Assembly (NCBI GenBank): GCA_030167145.1
Contig: CP126532.1
Span: 4,920,001-4,952,000, forward strand
Direction of reading: 5' to 3'
Source: Ktedonobacterales bacterium
GTDB lineage: Bacteria; Chloroflexota; Ktedonobacteria; Ktedonobacterales; JADMIN01
DNA length: 32,000 bases
In this document: positions 16,884 through 24,633 of the stretch, piece by piece
Position numbering within the stretch: the first letter of the stretch is position 1
Layout of the letters: every line of letters begins with the position of its first letter
Made by a program: the position numbers and the translations under genes
The notes under the pieces: generated by a model
Seen by the model: only the letters and a program-made list of their open reading frames with translations
Database searches by the model: none
Told to the model about the DNA's origin: nothing

Positions 16884-18359
16884 CTATTTCACCTCGCGCA
16901 TGGTGGGAAAGAGAATGACTTCGCGGATGGAATCCTGGTTGGTGAGCAGCATCGCCAGCCGATCAATGCCGCCACCGAAGCCACCAGCAGGTGGCAGGCC
17001 GACTTCCAGGGCTTCGATGTAGTCCTCGTCGAGCATCTGCGCCTCGTCGTCGCCGCCCGCGCGCTGTCGCGCCTGATCTTCGAAGCGGGCGCGCTGGTCG
17101 AGCGGGTCGTTGAGTTCGGTGAAGGCGTTGCCTAGCTCCAGGCCACCGGCGAACGCCTGGAAACGCTCGGCGGTGTCGCTTGTGCCGGGCTTCTGCTTGG
17201 CCAGCGGCGAGAGGTCGCGCGGATAGTCGTAGAGGAAGACGGGATCCTTGAGCTTGGCCGTCTCGCCCTTGATGACCGTATCCTTCAGCTCGTCAATCAG
17301 GCGGCCACGCGCGAGCTTCGGGTCCACCGTGTAGCCAGCCTTGCCCATCGCCACCGCCAGCGTGTCGCGGTCGGGATACTGGTCGTAGTCAATGCCGGTG
17401 AATTCGAGAATCGCCTCGCGCAGCGGGATGCGCTTCCACGGCGGTGTGAGGTCAACTGGCACGCCAAGGTAGTCGAACTTTGTCGTGCCGAGCACCTGCT
17501 GCGCGATATAGGCGTACATATCCTCGACCAGGCGCATCACATCCTCGTAGTCGGCGTAGGCCTGATAGCATTCCATCATCGTGAATTCGGGATTGTGGCT
17601 GCGGTCTACGCCTTCGTTGCGGAAGTTGCGGGCAATCTCGTAGACGCGCTCGATGCCGCCGACCAGCAGCCGCTTGAGGTATAGCTCCGGCGCGATACGC
17701 AGGTAGAGGTCGCGGTCCAGCGTGTTGTGATGGGTGATGAAGGGGCGCGCGGTCGCGCCACCATAGAGCGGCTGCAAGATGGGCGTCTCCACCTCCACGA
17801 AGCCGCGTGCGTTGAGGAAGTCGCGCATGGACGCGAGTATCTTGGCCCGCGCCAGGAAGATGGGCACGCCCGTCTCGCGGTTGGCGATGAGGTCAAGATA
17901 GCGCTTGCGCTGGCGCACTTCGGGGTCGAAGAGCTTGAGGTCGCCGCCCGCGCCCTTGGAGGGCAGCGTCGCCAGCGACTTCGCCAGGATGGTGTAGGTG
18001 TCTACGTGCAGCGTCTTCTCGCCGGTGCGCGTGGTGAAGAGCGTGCCGGTGGCTTCGAGAATGTCGCCGAGGTCGAGCAGACGGATGCGCCGGAACGCCT
18101 CGTCGCCAACGGCGTCGCGCTTGATGTAGATCTGGATGCGCCCGGAGCCGTCTTCGAGGTGGGCGAAGGCGGCCTTGCCCATCTCGCGCAGTTGCATCAG
18201 CCGCCCGGCAATAGTGATGGTCTGGCCTTGCAGTTCGTCATAACGGGCCAGCGCGTCGGCGGCCATCGTATCGCGGTGGCTGCGCGTGGGATATGGCTCG
18301 ATGCCCGCTTCGCGCAGCGCGGCCAGCTTCTCCAGCCGGGCCTCTCGTTCGTCAGACAT
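16884..18359 (-). CDS. lysS: lysyl-tRNA synthetase, class II
   Basis: Starts MSDEREARLEKL and contains RYLDLI, FVEVETPILQ, RNEGVDRSHNPEFTMME and GGIDRLAMLL. Start at ATG 18359. The in-frame upstream 197 codons of the track ORF read through the gltX 3' end and are spurious. Confidence 0.93.
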   Translation of the reverse strand: MSDEREARLEKLAALREAGIEPYPTRSHRDTMAADALARYDELQGQTITIAGRLMQLREMGKAAFAHLEDGSGRIQIYIKRDAVGDEAFRRIRLLDLGDILEATGTLFTTRTGEKTLHVDTYTILAKSLATLPSKGAGGDLKLFDPEVRQRKRYLDLIANRETGVPIFLARAKILASMRDFLNARGFVEVETPILQPLYGGATARPFITHHNTLDRDLYLRIAPELYLKRLLVGGIERVYEIARNFRNEGVDRSHNPEFTMMECYQAYADYEDVMRLVEDMYAYIAQQVLGTTKFDYLGVPVDLTPPWKRIPLREAILEFTGIDYDQYPDRDTLAVAMGKAGYTVDPKLARGRLIDELKDTVIKGETAKLKDPVFLYDYPRDLSPLAKQKPGTSDTAERFQAFAGGLELGNAFTELNDPLDQRARFEDQARQRAGGDDEAQMLDEDYIEALEVGLPPAGGFGGGIDRLAMLLTNQDSIREVILFPTMREVK

Positions 18360-18415
18360 GTAGGGGAAACCTCTCGCATTGATGAGTAATATAGTGTGGT
18401 TGATATGTGAGTGGC

Positions 18416-18454
18416 GGGCGTACACGAGACCTGACCAGTATGTAGTGTACGCCC
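18416..18454 (-). other. perfect 10-bp stem hairpin at the gltX stop / lysS upstream region
   Basis: GGGCGTACAC (18416-18425) pairs with GTGTACGCCC (18445-18454), with a 19-nt loop. It abuts the gltX stop codon and is followed on the minus strand by an AT-rich stretch containing TATATT. Confidence 0.55.
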
Positions 18455-19980
18455 TAGCGTTTGCTGGCGAGTTTCTCGGCTGCGGCGGCGAGGCGTGTGA
18501 GGGTGCGCTCTTTGCCCAGCACGGCCAGCATCTCCGGCAGGCCGGGCGTCTCTTTGCGGCCACTGACGGCGACGCGCACCAGCATGAAGACGGGGCCACG
18601 GTCGGCAACCTCGCTGCCATCGGCCTTCTTGCGGATGAAGCCGTGTTGCACGACGAAGCCATCCAGCACATGCAGCAGCGCCTCCGGCGTCCAGTCGCGC
18701 AGGTCGCCCAGCGATGCGGCCAGCGCGGGCAGTGTGGCGGCGGCGCGCTCCGCGTCCAGGTTCTTGCCGAGGAGCAGGCTCGCGTCGTACTCCGGCTGGG
18801 CGACGAAGAAGAACGCGGTGAGGTCGGGCACGACGGCCAGCGTCTTGATGCGCTCCTGATCCAGCGCCAGCACCGCGCGCACATAGGCGCGGTCGAGTGT
18901 GGCGCGGGCGTCTGCGGGCAGTCCCGCGAGCAGGAACGGCCACGCGGCATCAGTCAGTTCGTCGGGCGTCATCTGGCGGATGTATTGCGCGTTGAACCAC
19001 TCTAGCCGTCCGATGTCGAAGATGGAGGGCGAGCTGCCGATGCGGTCCAGCGTGAAGGCGCGCACCAGTTCGTCGCGGGTGAAGAATTCGGCCTTGTCGT
19101 CATACGACCAGCCAAGCAGCACCATGTAGTTCATCAGCGCCTGCGGCAGATAGCCCTGCTCGCGGTAGTCCAGCAGCGGCAGCGCGCCGTGGCGCTTGCT
19201 CAGCTTGCTGCGGTCGGGCGCGAGCACCAGACCGACATGCACCACCTCTGGCTCATCCCAGCCGAAGGCGCGGTAGACCTGGGCGTAGCGTGGCGCGCTG
19301 GGGATATACTCTTCGCCGCGAATGACGTGGGTGATATTCATCAGGTGGTCATCTACGATGTTGGCGAAGTTGTAGGTCGGGTAGCTGTCGGACTTCAGCA
19401 GAATCATGTCGTCTATGGTGCTGTTGTCTATGGTGATGTCGCCGCGCAGCAGGTCGTGATAGGTCGTCTTGCCGGTTTCGGGCGCGGCGAAGCGCACCAC
19501 GGAGGATAGCCCGCGCGCCTCGCGGTCGGCGCGCTGCTCAGGCGAGAGATAGCGGCAGCGGCGGTCGTAGTGCTCCGGCTCTTTGCGCTCGCGCTGCTCA
19601 GCGCGCATCTGCTCGAGCTCGGCTTCGGTGCAATAGCAGCGATACGCCGCGCCCTTCTCTATCAGCATCTCGGCATGCTCGCGGTAGATGTCGAGCCGCT
19701 CGGACTGGAAGTAGGGGCCGACGGGTCCGCCGACCTCTGGCCCTTCATCCCAATCGAGGCCAAGCCAGCGCAGCCCGTCGAGGATGCTCTCTTGCGCGCC
19801 AGGGACCAGCCGCTTGCGGTCGGTGTCTTCGATGCGCACCAGGAATTGCCCGCCGGTATGCCGCGCCCAGAGCCAGGCAAAGATGGCGGTGCGGTAGTTG
19901 CCGATATGCGGCAGGCCGGTGGGGCTGGGCGCGAAACGGGTGCGCGCGGGGCCGGTATGGTTGGATGAGCGGCTGGCCAC
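18454..19980 (-). CDS. gltX: glutamyl-tRNA synthetase
   Basis: Contains RFAPSPTGLPHIGNYRTAIF (HIGH region) and KLSKRHG (KMSKS). GTG 19980 is preceded by GAGGAG with 7-nt spacing. The longer track N-terminus is P/A/R-rich junk. Confidence 0.9.
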   Translation of the reverse strand: MASRSSNHTGPARTRFAPSPTGLPHIGNYRTAIFAWLWARHTGGQFLVRIEDTDRKRLVPGAQESILDGLRWLGLDWDEGPEVGGPVGPYFQSERLDIYREHAEMLIEKGAAYRCYCTEAELEQMRAEQRERKEPEHYDRRCRYLSPEQRADREARGLSSVVRFAAPETGKTTYHDLLRGDITIDNSTIDDMILLKSDSYPTYNFANIVDDHLMNITHVIRGEEYIPSAPRYAQVYRAFGWDEPEVVHVGLVLAPDRSKLSKRHGALPLLDYREQGYLPQALMNYMVLLGWSYDDKAEFFTRDELVRAFTLDRIGSSPSIFDIGRLEWFNAQYIRQMTPDELTDAAWPFLLAGLPADARATLDRAYVRAVLALDQERIKTLAVVPDLTAFFFVAQPEYDASLLLGKNLDAERAAATLPALAASLGDLRDWTPEALLHVLDGFVVQHGFIRKKADGSEVADRGPVFMLVRVAVSGRKETPGLPEMLAVLGKERTLTRLAAAAEKLASKR

Positions 19981-20074
19981 GAGATGACTCCTCAAGATGA
20001 TGTCGCAATGACGCATGCGCCCCATAGCATACCACACGAAGGGGACGGCCCGTGAGCACGGCGGCTCATGGCAG

Positions 20075-21244
20075 TTATGCCTGGGTACGTTTGCGGCGGG
20101 GGCCGCGCCGGACCGTGGCGAACCACACGTACACCGCGCCGACCCAGCCGACGAAGAGGGCGATGATCGTGGTGGCGACGCCGGTGGCGCTGGTCCACGT
20201 GCCGGTGGGCAGCGCGAAGGCGGCGGGGTTGGTGACGGCGGCATAGACGCCGGAGATGCCCAGGATGGTGAAGCCGTTGGCGGCGAGGAGCCAGAGCGTG
20301 ACCCAGTAGGCGAATGCGAGCGATGCGCGACCCCACCAGAGCGCGGCGAGAAGTAGCGCCGCGCCCCCGCCGAGCAGAATCTCTATCGCGTGGAGTCCGG
20401 CGAGGGGATCGAATGCGGTAGTGTTGGCGAGGATGCCGTAGCTGGCGGCACTGCTGTAGGTGATGCCGGTGCAGTGGCCGATGAGCAGTGGCGTAGCGCT
20501 ACAGTTGAGCGTGGCCCAGGGGAAGAGGAACGTGCCAGCCGCCCATAGCGCGATGGCCAGGGTGAGCAAGCTCTTGGCGGCGGCGCGCAACTGGCCGTGT
20601 GGCTGCGCTTCTGTGGTGGTGGGCGTACCCCGGCGGGCGGTCCGCGAAAGGGCTACATCAGCGCCAATCACGAGTGCGGCGAGTAATGTGAGCACTGCAA
20701 TGAAGCCAAGCAACCAATCTGGTGTAAGGAATCGGGGGGTACTGGTAACGTTCAGCGTACTCGGATTGAGATTAGCGTTGAGCGCGAGTGTAGTGCCCGG
20801 TAGTATTGTGTGTGCGTCAAGGGATGTGCCAGAGATAGCTAAACCTATCGCGAAGGCCACATAGCCGAGGAGGCCGAGCAACGTGATAAGAGATCGCCTT
20901 CTGGACCACACCAGCGGCAGCATGAGCAGGCCGAAAACCGTCAGCGCGCTCCAGCCGAACGTGCCCAGGAATGCCCCATCTATATCGCCTGGCGTGAGCC
21001 GCAGCGTATACACCTGTTGCTGGCTGTCGGTTCCGGTGACGACGACGCTGGGCATCCAGGCGACAACAGGCGCGAGGACGGCGGCGCACGTGGCGAGGAG
21101 CAAGCCCACCGCGCGGAAGGGGAAGCGGTGTTTGCGCTCGGCGACGGGCCAGCGCGGCGCGGATGCTTCTACCTGCGTCGCGGGCGGGCGTCCACCGGAC
21201 GCCCCTACCTGTTCGCCGCTCTCGTTGGCGCTCATATCGCTCAT
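20075..21244 (-). CDS. polytopic membrane protein of unknown function
   Basis: ATG 21244 (MSDMSANESG) is preceded by GAGGGGG with 7-nt spacing. The product has at least 8 hydrophobic segments. No family recognised. Confidence 0.65.
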   Translation of the reverse strand: MSDMSANESGEQVGASGGRPPATQVEASAPRWPVAERKHRFPFRAVGLLLATCAAVLAPVVAWMPSVVVTGTDSQQQVYTLRLTPGDIDGAFLGTFGWSALTVFGLLMLPLVWSRRRSLITLLGLLGYVAFAIGLAISGTSLDAHTILPGTTLALNANLNPSTLNVTSTPRFLTPDWLLGFIAVLTLLAALVIGADVALSRTARRGTPTTTEAQPHGQLRAAAKSLLTLAIALWAAGTFLFPWATLNCSATPLLIGHCTGITYSSAASYGILANTTAFDPLAGLHAIEILLGGGAALLLAALWWGRASLAFAYWVTLWLLAANGFTILGISGVYAAVTNPAAFALPTGTWTSATGVATTIIALFVGWVGAVYVWFATVRRGPRRKRTQA

Positions 21245-21375
21245 GGTGTCACCCCCTCTATCCTCCCGCGCGGATACGTCTCGTTGACGTGCGCCACCAG
21301 TGTACACGAGCGGCGGGCGAAATGGTAGGGCGAGGGTGATGAGGACCCATGTTCTGCGTCCCTCCGCACAGCTTC

Positions 21376-21448
21376 CATACATCCGCACAGCTTCCATACA
21401 TCCGCACCTCATGGAGGTGCGTGCCTATGGAGACGTTGCGGATGTATG
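21376..21448. repeat. left 73-bp four-site palindromic module (12-7-12-11-12-7-12)
   Basis: The four sites are CATACATCCGCA (21376-87), CATACATCCGCA (21395-406), TGCGTGCCTATG (21418-29) and TGCGGATGTATG (21437-48). The first two sit in a 19-bp tandem repeat (CATACATCCGCACAGCTTC, 2.7 copies starting at about 21362). The whole folds as an imperfect long hairpin centred on GCACCTC-ATG-GAGGTGC. Confidence 0.85.
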
Positions 21449-21491
21449 AGGAACCGCGCGATCCGCCGCGCTGTCTGGAGCGCTAAGATGT

Positions 21492-23771
21492 CTAGGATGT
21501 CTTCGCCGCACTTTCCGCGACAGGATTGCCGGGCAGCGACAGATACCATGCCCCAGCCCTTCCAAACCCGCGCTGCTCTTTGACGACGGCGAGTTCTTTT
21601 CGCGCCCGCTCCAGTGTTCCATCGCTGATACCCCATGCAGTCGCCTCCGCCAGGACTTCCTTGGCGCTGCGTGGCCCATCCGCCAGCGTTTCGCGCAAGA
21701 ATGCCCTCGCCTGCCCCCGTTTGCTCTCGTCGTCGTTGCCCGCTTCCATCTGCGCGCGCAGGAGCGTATCGGCGCTGAGCGTGACGGCGCCACGCCACTC
21801 GATATGCGGCGCCTCCTCACCCTCCTGTGCATCCTCGGCAGCATCGGCATCCTCGGCAGCATCGGGCGGGGGCGCGCTCACCACCGCATAGCGCCAGGAG
21901 GGCGGGGGCGCGCCCAGGTTGCTCTTGGTGCTGGCCAGGATGCGCTCGTGTTCCGGGTCGTCGGGCGACTTCGCCACCAGCAGCCCCGACCGCGCCGCGC
22001 CGATGATGCCAATCGAGCCGCCGCCGCGATACAGTGCGTTCGCGCCGCCGCCTTTGGTCAGGTGTCGCACCACCACCACAGCGATGCCCAATGCTTCGGC
22101 CATCTGGTTCAGCGGGGCCAGCGCCGCACGTATATCCTGGTCGCGCCACGAGTTCACCCCGCCATCCAGGTACGCCATCAAGGGGTCAATCACCAGCAGC
22201 TTCGCCCCCACGCGCCGGATCTCGCGTTTCAGCCGCGCGATGTCGGTTGGCAGGGTCCAACTGCGCTCGATAACACGCCCACTCACCGGATCGCGCAGGC
22301 GCAGTGTACGCGGCGCGACAATCCGCGTCACATCCGCGCCCGCCGCCTCCAAACGCGGGCGAATCGTGCTGGCCAGGTCGTCTTCGGCGGAGAGCAGCAC
22401 CACCCCCGCTGGCTCGGTCAACCCGACCGTGCCATCGGGCATCGCGCGCCCCGTCGTCACCCGCGCCGCCAGATCGAGCGCCACCAGCGATTTGCCAAGC
22501 CCAGGGTCGCCATCCATCACGGTCAGCTTGCCCAGCGGGATGCGCCCCGGCCACAGCCAGCGCAGCTCCTCCGCCGCCACCTCCGAGACCAGCGGACTCA
22601 CCACATACACGCCGTCGTCCTCGGCTTCGGCATCGGCGTCCGCGCCGACAGACAAGAATGTCTGTCCTACCTGTATCTGCTCAGTGGGGCGGACATTCCT
22701 GTCTGCCTGCTCTCCATGCGCCAGCCCCAACCACGCGCGCACCTGCGCCACAATGCCCGCACCGACAGACACGAATGTCTGTCCTACCTGTGGGGCGGAC
22801 ATTCCTGTCTGCCCGCCACGCAGCCGCTCGGCCAGCCCATGCGCGCCCAGCACCGGCTCGCCGCGTCGCAGCCGCTCGGCGGTGTGTTCCGCCTTGCCAC
22901 CGCGCGCGCGCCACTCCTCATCGCCCGCCACCCGCGCCACCACCCGCACGAACTGATCGGTCTCTGGCACCGACCAGCCGCCCCGCAGCAGCAGGCCGGT
23001 CAGTGCCAGCGCCGCCTCATCGCGGCTGCCCACCCCCGGCCAGTGCCGCGCCAAGAGCGCCGCCGCCGCCACTTTCGCCACCGCCCGCCGCAGCGCCGCG
23101 CCGTCTATCGTCGCCGGGTCGCCGTCCTGCTCCCAGCGCACCCGATCGCCGCTGGGATGCAGCGAGGGCGGGGCCAGCGTCTGGCAGCCGGTGGAGCGCA
23201 GCTCGACGAGCATCGTCTGGTGGCCCACCTCTCCCCCCAGCCCCCTCCCCGGCGCAGGGAGGGGGCGTGCTAGCTCCCCTTCCCTGGTCGGGCCGCGCGG
23301 TGCTAGCTCCCCTTCCCTGGTCGGGAGGGGGTTGGGGGGTAGGTGCTCCCCCATCCAGGCGAACTTGCATGTCAGCGGGGGCAGCCCCTCCTCCGCCGCC
23401 TCGACCTCGCGTTCGACCACATACCAATAGTGGCTGCGTGGCGCGCCCTTGCGCCCCGAAATGCGCGCGGTCGGCGGCAGCAGCGCGGCAGCGGCGTCGG
23501 CGGCCTCCGGCGCATCACAATCCACCTCCACCAACCCGCCGCTTGGCCCGCCCAAGAGCAGCCCCAGGTTGTGCGCCTTCGCGCCCCCCGCGAACCAGCG
23601 CGGTAGCTCTTCGGGAATGAAGCGGGTCTGCGTCCACTTGGCCTGCGCCGGAATCTTCGTGCCGGGCCGCAGCGGAATCACCCGCCAGCCCCACGCCGCA
23701 TACGCCAGCGCCGCCGCCAGCGGGTCGGTCGCGCGCAGCGGCTGCATCCCTGCTGTGTCCTTCGTCTCCAT
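21492..23771 (-). CDS. bifunctional primase-polymerase (PrimPol) / RepA-like AAA_25 helicase / C-terminal wHTH replication protein
   Basis: The N-terminus has PrimPol motifs: AAWGWRVIPLRPGTKIP, the DxD motif LVEVDCD, SGRKGAPRSHYWY and ELRSTGCQTLAPPSLHPSG. The centre has Walker A (DGDPGLGKS), Walker B (LLVIDPL) and VVVVRHLTKGG. The C-terminus is HTH-like (AKEVLAEATAWGISDGTLERARKEL). The ORF is continuous and carries several repeat-derived inserts. Confidence 0.85.
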   Translation of the reverse strand: METKDTAGMQPLRATDPLAAALAYAAWGWRVIPLRPGTKIPAQAKWTQTRFIPEELPRWFAGGAKAHNLGLLLGGPSGGLVEVDCDAPEAADAAAALLPPTARISGRKGAPRSHYWYVVEREVEAAEEGLPPLTCKFAWMGEHLPPNPLPTREGELAPRGPTREGELARPLPAPGRGLGGEVGHQTMLVELRSTGCQTLAPPSLHPSGDRVRWEQDGDPATIDGAALRRAVAKVAAAALLARHWPGVGSRDEAALALTGLLLRGGWSVPETDQFVRVVARVAGDEEWRARGGKAEHTAERLRRGEPVLGAHGLAERLRGGQTGMSAPQVGQTFVSVGAGIVAQVRAWLGLAHGEQADRNVRPTEQIQVGQTFLSVGADADAEAEDDGVYVVSPLVSEVAAEELRWLWPGRIPLGKLTVMDGDPGLGKSLVALDLAARVTTGRAMPDGTVGLTEPAGVVLLSAEDDLASTIRPRLEAAGADVTRIVAPRTLRLRDPVSGRVIERSWTLPTDIARLKREIRRVGAKLLVIDPLMAYLDGGVNSWRDQDIRAALAPLNQMAEALGIAVVVVRHLTKGGGANALYRGGGSIGIIGAARSGLLVAKSPDDPEHERILASTKSNLGAPPPSWRYAVVSAPPPDAAEDADAAEDAQEGEEAPHIEWRGAVTLSADTLLRAQMEAGNDDESKRGQARAFLRETLADGPRSAKEVLAEATAWGISDGTLERARKELAVVKEQRGFGRAGAWYLSLPGNPVAESAAKTS
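21829..21864. repeat. perfect 18-bp tandem duplication inside the replicase gene
   Basis: gcatcctcggcagcatcg occurs twice (21829-46, 21847-64). It is in-frame and encodes DAAEDADAAEDA. Confidence 0.9.
22647..22707. repeat. composite hairpin repeat, copy 1 (hairpin A + hairpin B)
   Basis: Hairpin A is GACAGACA-AGAA-TGTCTGTC (22647-66), followed by CTACCTGT and then an 11-nt insert. Hairpin B is GGCGGACA-TTCC-TGTCTGCC (22688-707). It lies inside the replicase CDS. Confidence 0.85.
22764..22814. repeat. composite hairpin repeat, copy 2
   Basis: Hairpin A is GACAGACA-CGAA-TGTCTGTC (22764-83), followed by CTACCTGT and then hairpin B, GGGGCGGACATTCCTGTCTGCCC (22792-814). It is near-identical to copy 1 but lacks the 11-nt insert. 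Confidence 0.85.
23241..23343. repeat. cluster of G/C-rich palindromic repeats inside the PrimPol domain
   Basis: There is a 9-bp stem, CCCCCTCCC (23241-49) with GGGAGGGGG (23257-65). A 26-bp direct repeat gtgctagctccccttccctggtcggg occurs at 23267-92 and 23300-25, with a 33-nt period. The terminal unit is CTCCCCTTCCCTGGTCGGGAGGGGGTTGGGGGGTAGG (23307-43). Confidence 0.85.
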
Positions 23772-23825
23772 GGCTCATTCCTTCCCCTCACCCAGTCCAC
23801 CCAGTCCACCCATTTCGCGCCCAGT

Positions 23826-23848
23826 GGGGCGGACATTCTTGTCTGCCC
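23826..23848. repeat. hairpin B, copy 3 (intergenic)
   Basis: GGGGCGGACATTCTTGTCTGCCC lies between the small ORF stop (23884) and the replicase start (23771). It is flanked by a 9-nt tandem CCAGTCCAC x2 (23792-23809). Confidence 0.8.
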
Positions 23849-23883
23849 GCCCCCTGCTCGCCTCATGTACTCCGGCAGCCTCC

Positions 23884-24363
23884 CTACGGTGCGCGCAGCC
23901 GTGGACCTTGCATCGAGACGAACAGCTTTTGATCCTTGTCGGAAATCTTGACCATGTCCAAGATGAAGGTGAAATCGCTGAAGTCCGACCACTCATCCCC
24001 TGCTTCGAGCGCCTCAAGCTCCACGCTTGGCTCGGCCCACCCCCGCGGGCCAGCCTTCGGGGGCGTGTAACGGTGCAGCATGAGATTCACCACAGATATC
24101 CTCTTCGTGCTCGGCCCCTGGCGCGAGAGCAGTAGCGCACGCAACGTCACCGCATATGCCATCTCCGCCGCCTCGCGTGCGATCTGCTCCATCCACGGCA
24201 ACACCTCGCGCTTCGCCAGCACCGGCGCCACCCGCGAGTATTCGCTCTTGTACAGATCTCGCCAGGTCGCGCGATGGCGGGGCGGTTTCCCTTTCGCCTG
24301 TGCCCGCCCGCTGCGCTCACGTTGTTGGTTTCGCTCGTCTCGCTCGTCTTGCTCGTTTCGCAT
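23884..24363 (-). CDS. hypothetical 159-aa protein, first gene of the replicase cassette
   Basis: ATG 24363 (MRNEQDERDERNQQRER...) is preceded by AGGAG with 9-nt spacing. It has a charged N-terminus and then a helical region. The track start at 24531 would read through repeat copy Y. No family recognised. Confidence 0.55.
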   Translation of the reverse strand: MRNEQDERDERNQQRERSGRAQAKGKPPRHRATWRDLYKSEYSRVAPVLAKREVLPWMEQIAREAAEMAYAVTLRALLLSRQGPSTKRISVVNLMLHRYTPPKAGPRGWAEPSVELEALEAGDEWSDFSDFTFILDMVKISDKDQKLFVSMQGPRLRAP

Positions 24364-24407
24364 CGCCGTCCACTCCTGTCTCTCACTGGCCCACGCGCGG
24401 CTCTGCT

Positions 24408-24444
24408 CTCCCCTGCCCTCGTAGGGAAGGGGCCGGGGGTTAGG
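24408..24444. repeat. G/C-rich palindromic repeat, dispersed copy
   Basis: CTCCCCTGCCCTCGTAGGGAAGGGGCCGGGGGTTAGG is about 80% identical to 23307-23343. It lies in the predicted 5' leader of the small ORF. Confidence 0.75.
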
Positions 24445-24574
24445 TTCCTCCCGAAAACGACAAAGCGCCGCCCCATCCCCGCAAGAGCCAGGCAGGTAGG
24501 GGCGCATGCCATGCGCCCGCCAGGCCAGCAAGGGATAGAGCGGCGCCTATACTCAGGCTCACCGCGCAAACTTC

Positions 24575-24596
24575 AGCTCACATCAGCATATGAGCT
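24575..24596. promoter_or_regulatory. inverted repeat at the predicted transcription start of the cassette
   Basis: AGCTCA (24575-80) and TGAGCT (24591-96) are separated by a 10-nt spacer, immediately downstream (minus strand) of the predicted -10. Confidence 0.35.
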
Positions 24597-24604
24597 TGCG
24601 AACA

Positions 24605-24633
24605 AGTATAGAACATATTTTCTATTATTTCAA
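24605..24633 (-). promoter_or_regulatory. near-consensus sigma70 promoter in an AT-rich island, driving the small ORF/replicase cassette
   Basis: Minus strand reads TTGAAA (24633-24628), a 17-nt spacer (taatagaaaatatgttc), then TATACT (24610-24605). It is embedded in the most AT-rich ~40 bp of the window. Confidence 0.55.

Noticed and set aside
16884-20244. Long N-terminal extensions of lysS (to 18950) and gltX (to 20244) in the ORF track
   Set aside because: The extensions read in-frame through the upstream gene or intergenic DNA and are P/R/A-rich. Homologue N-termini plus SD spacing place the starts at 18359 and 19980.
21804-23620. 489-aa and 438-aa plus-strand ORFs (21804..23273, 22304..23620), plus 1919..2956-type antisense ORFs elsewhere
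   Set aside because: These are antisense to the PrimPol/helicase gene, which has clear catalytic motifs. The translations are R/P/A-rich and low-complexity.
22640-23850. Possible CRISPR array formed by the hairpin repeats
   Set aside because: There are only two full units and one half unit. The units are composite and unevenly spaced (117 bp, then ~1 kb). They lie inside a CDS, and there are no cas genes or leader. A REP/MITE-like interpretation fits better.
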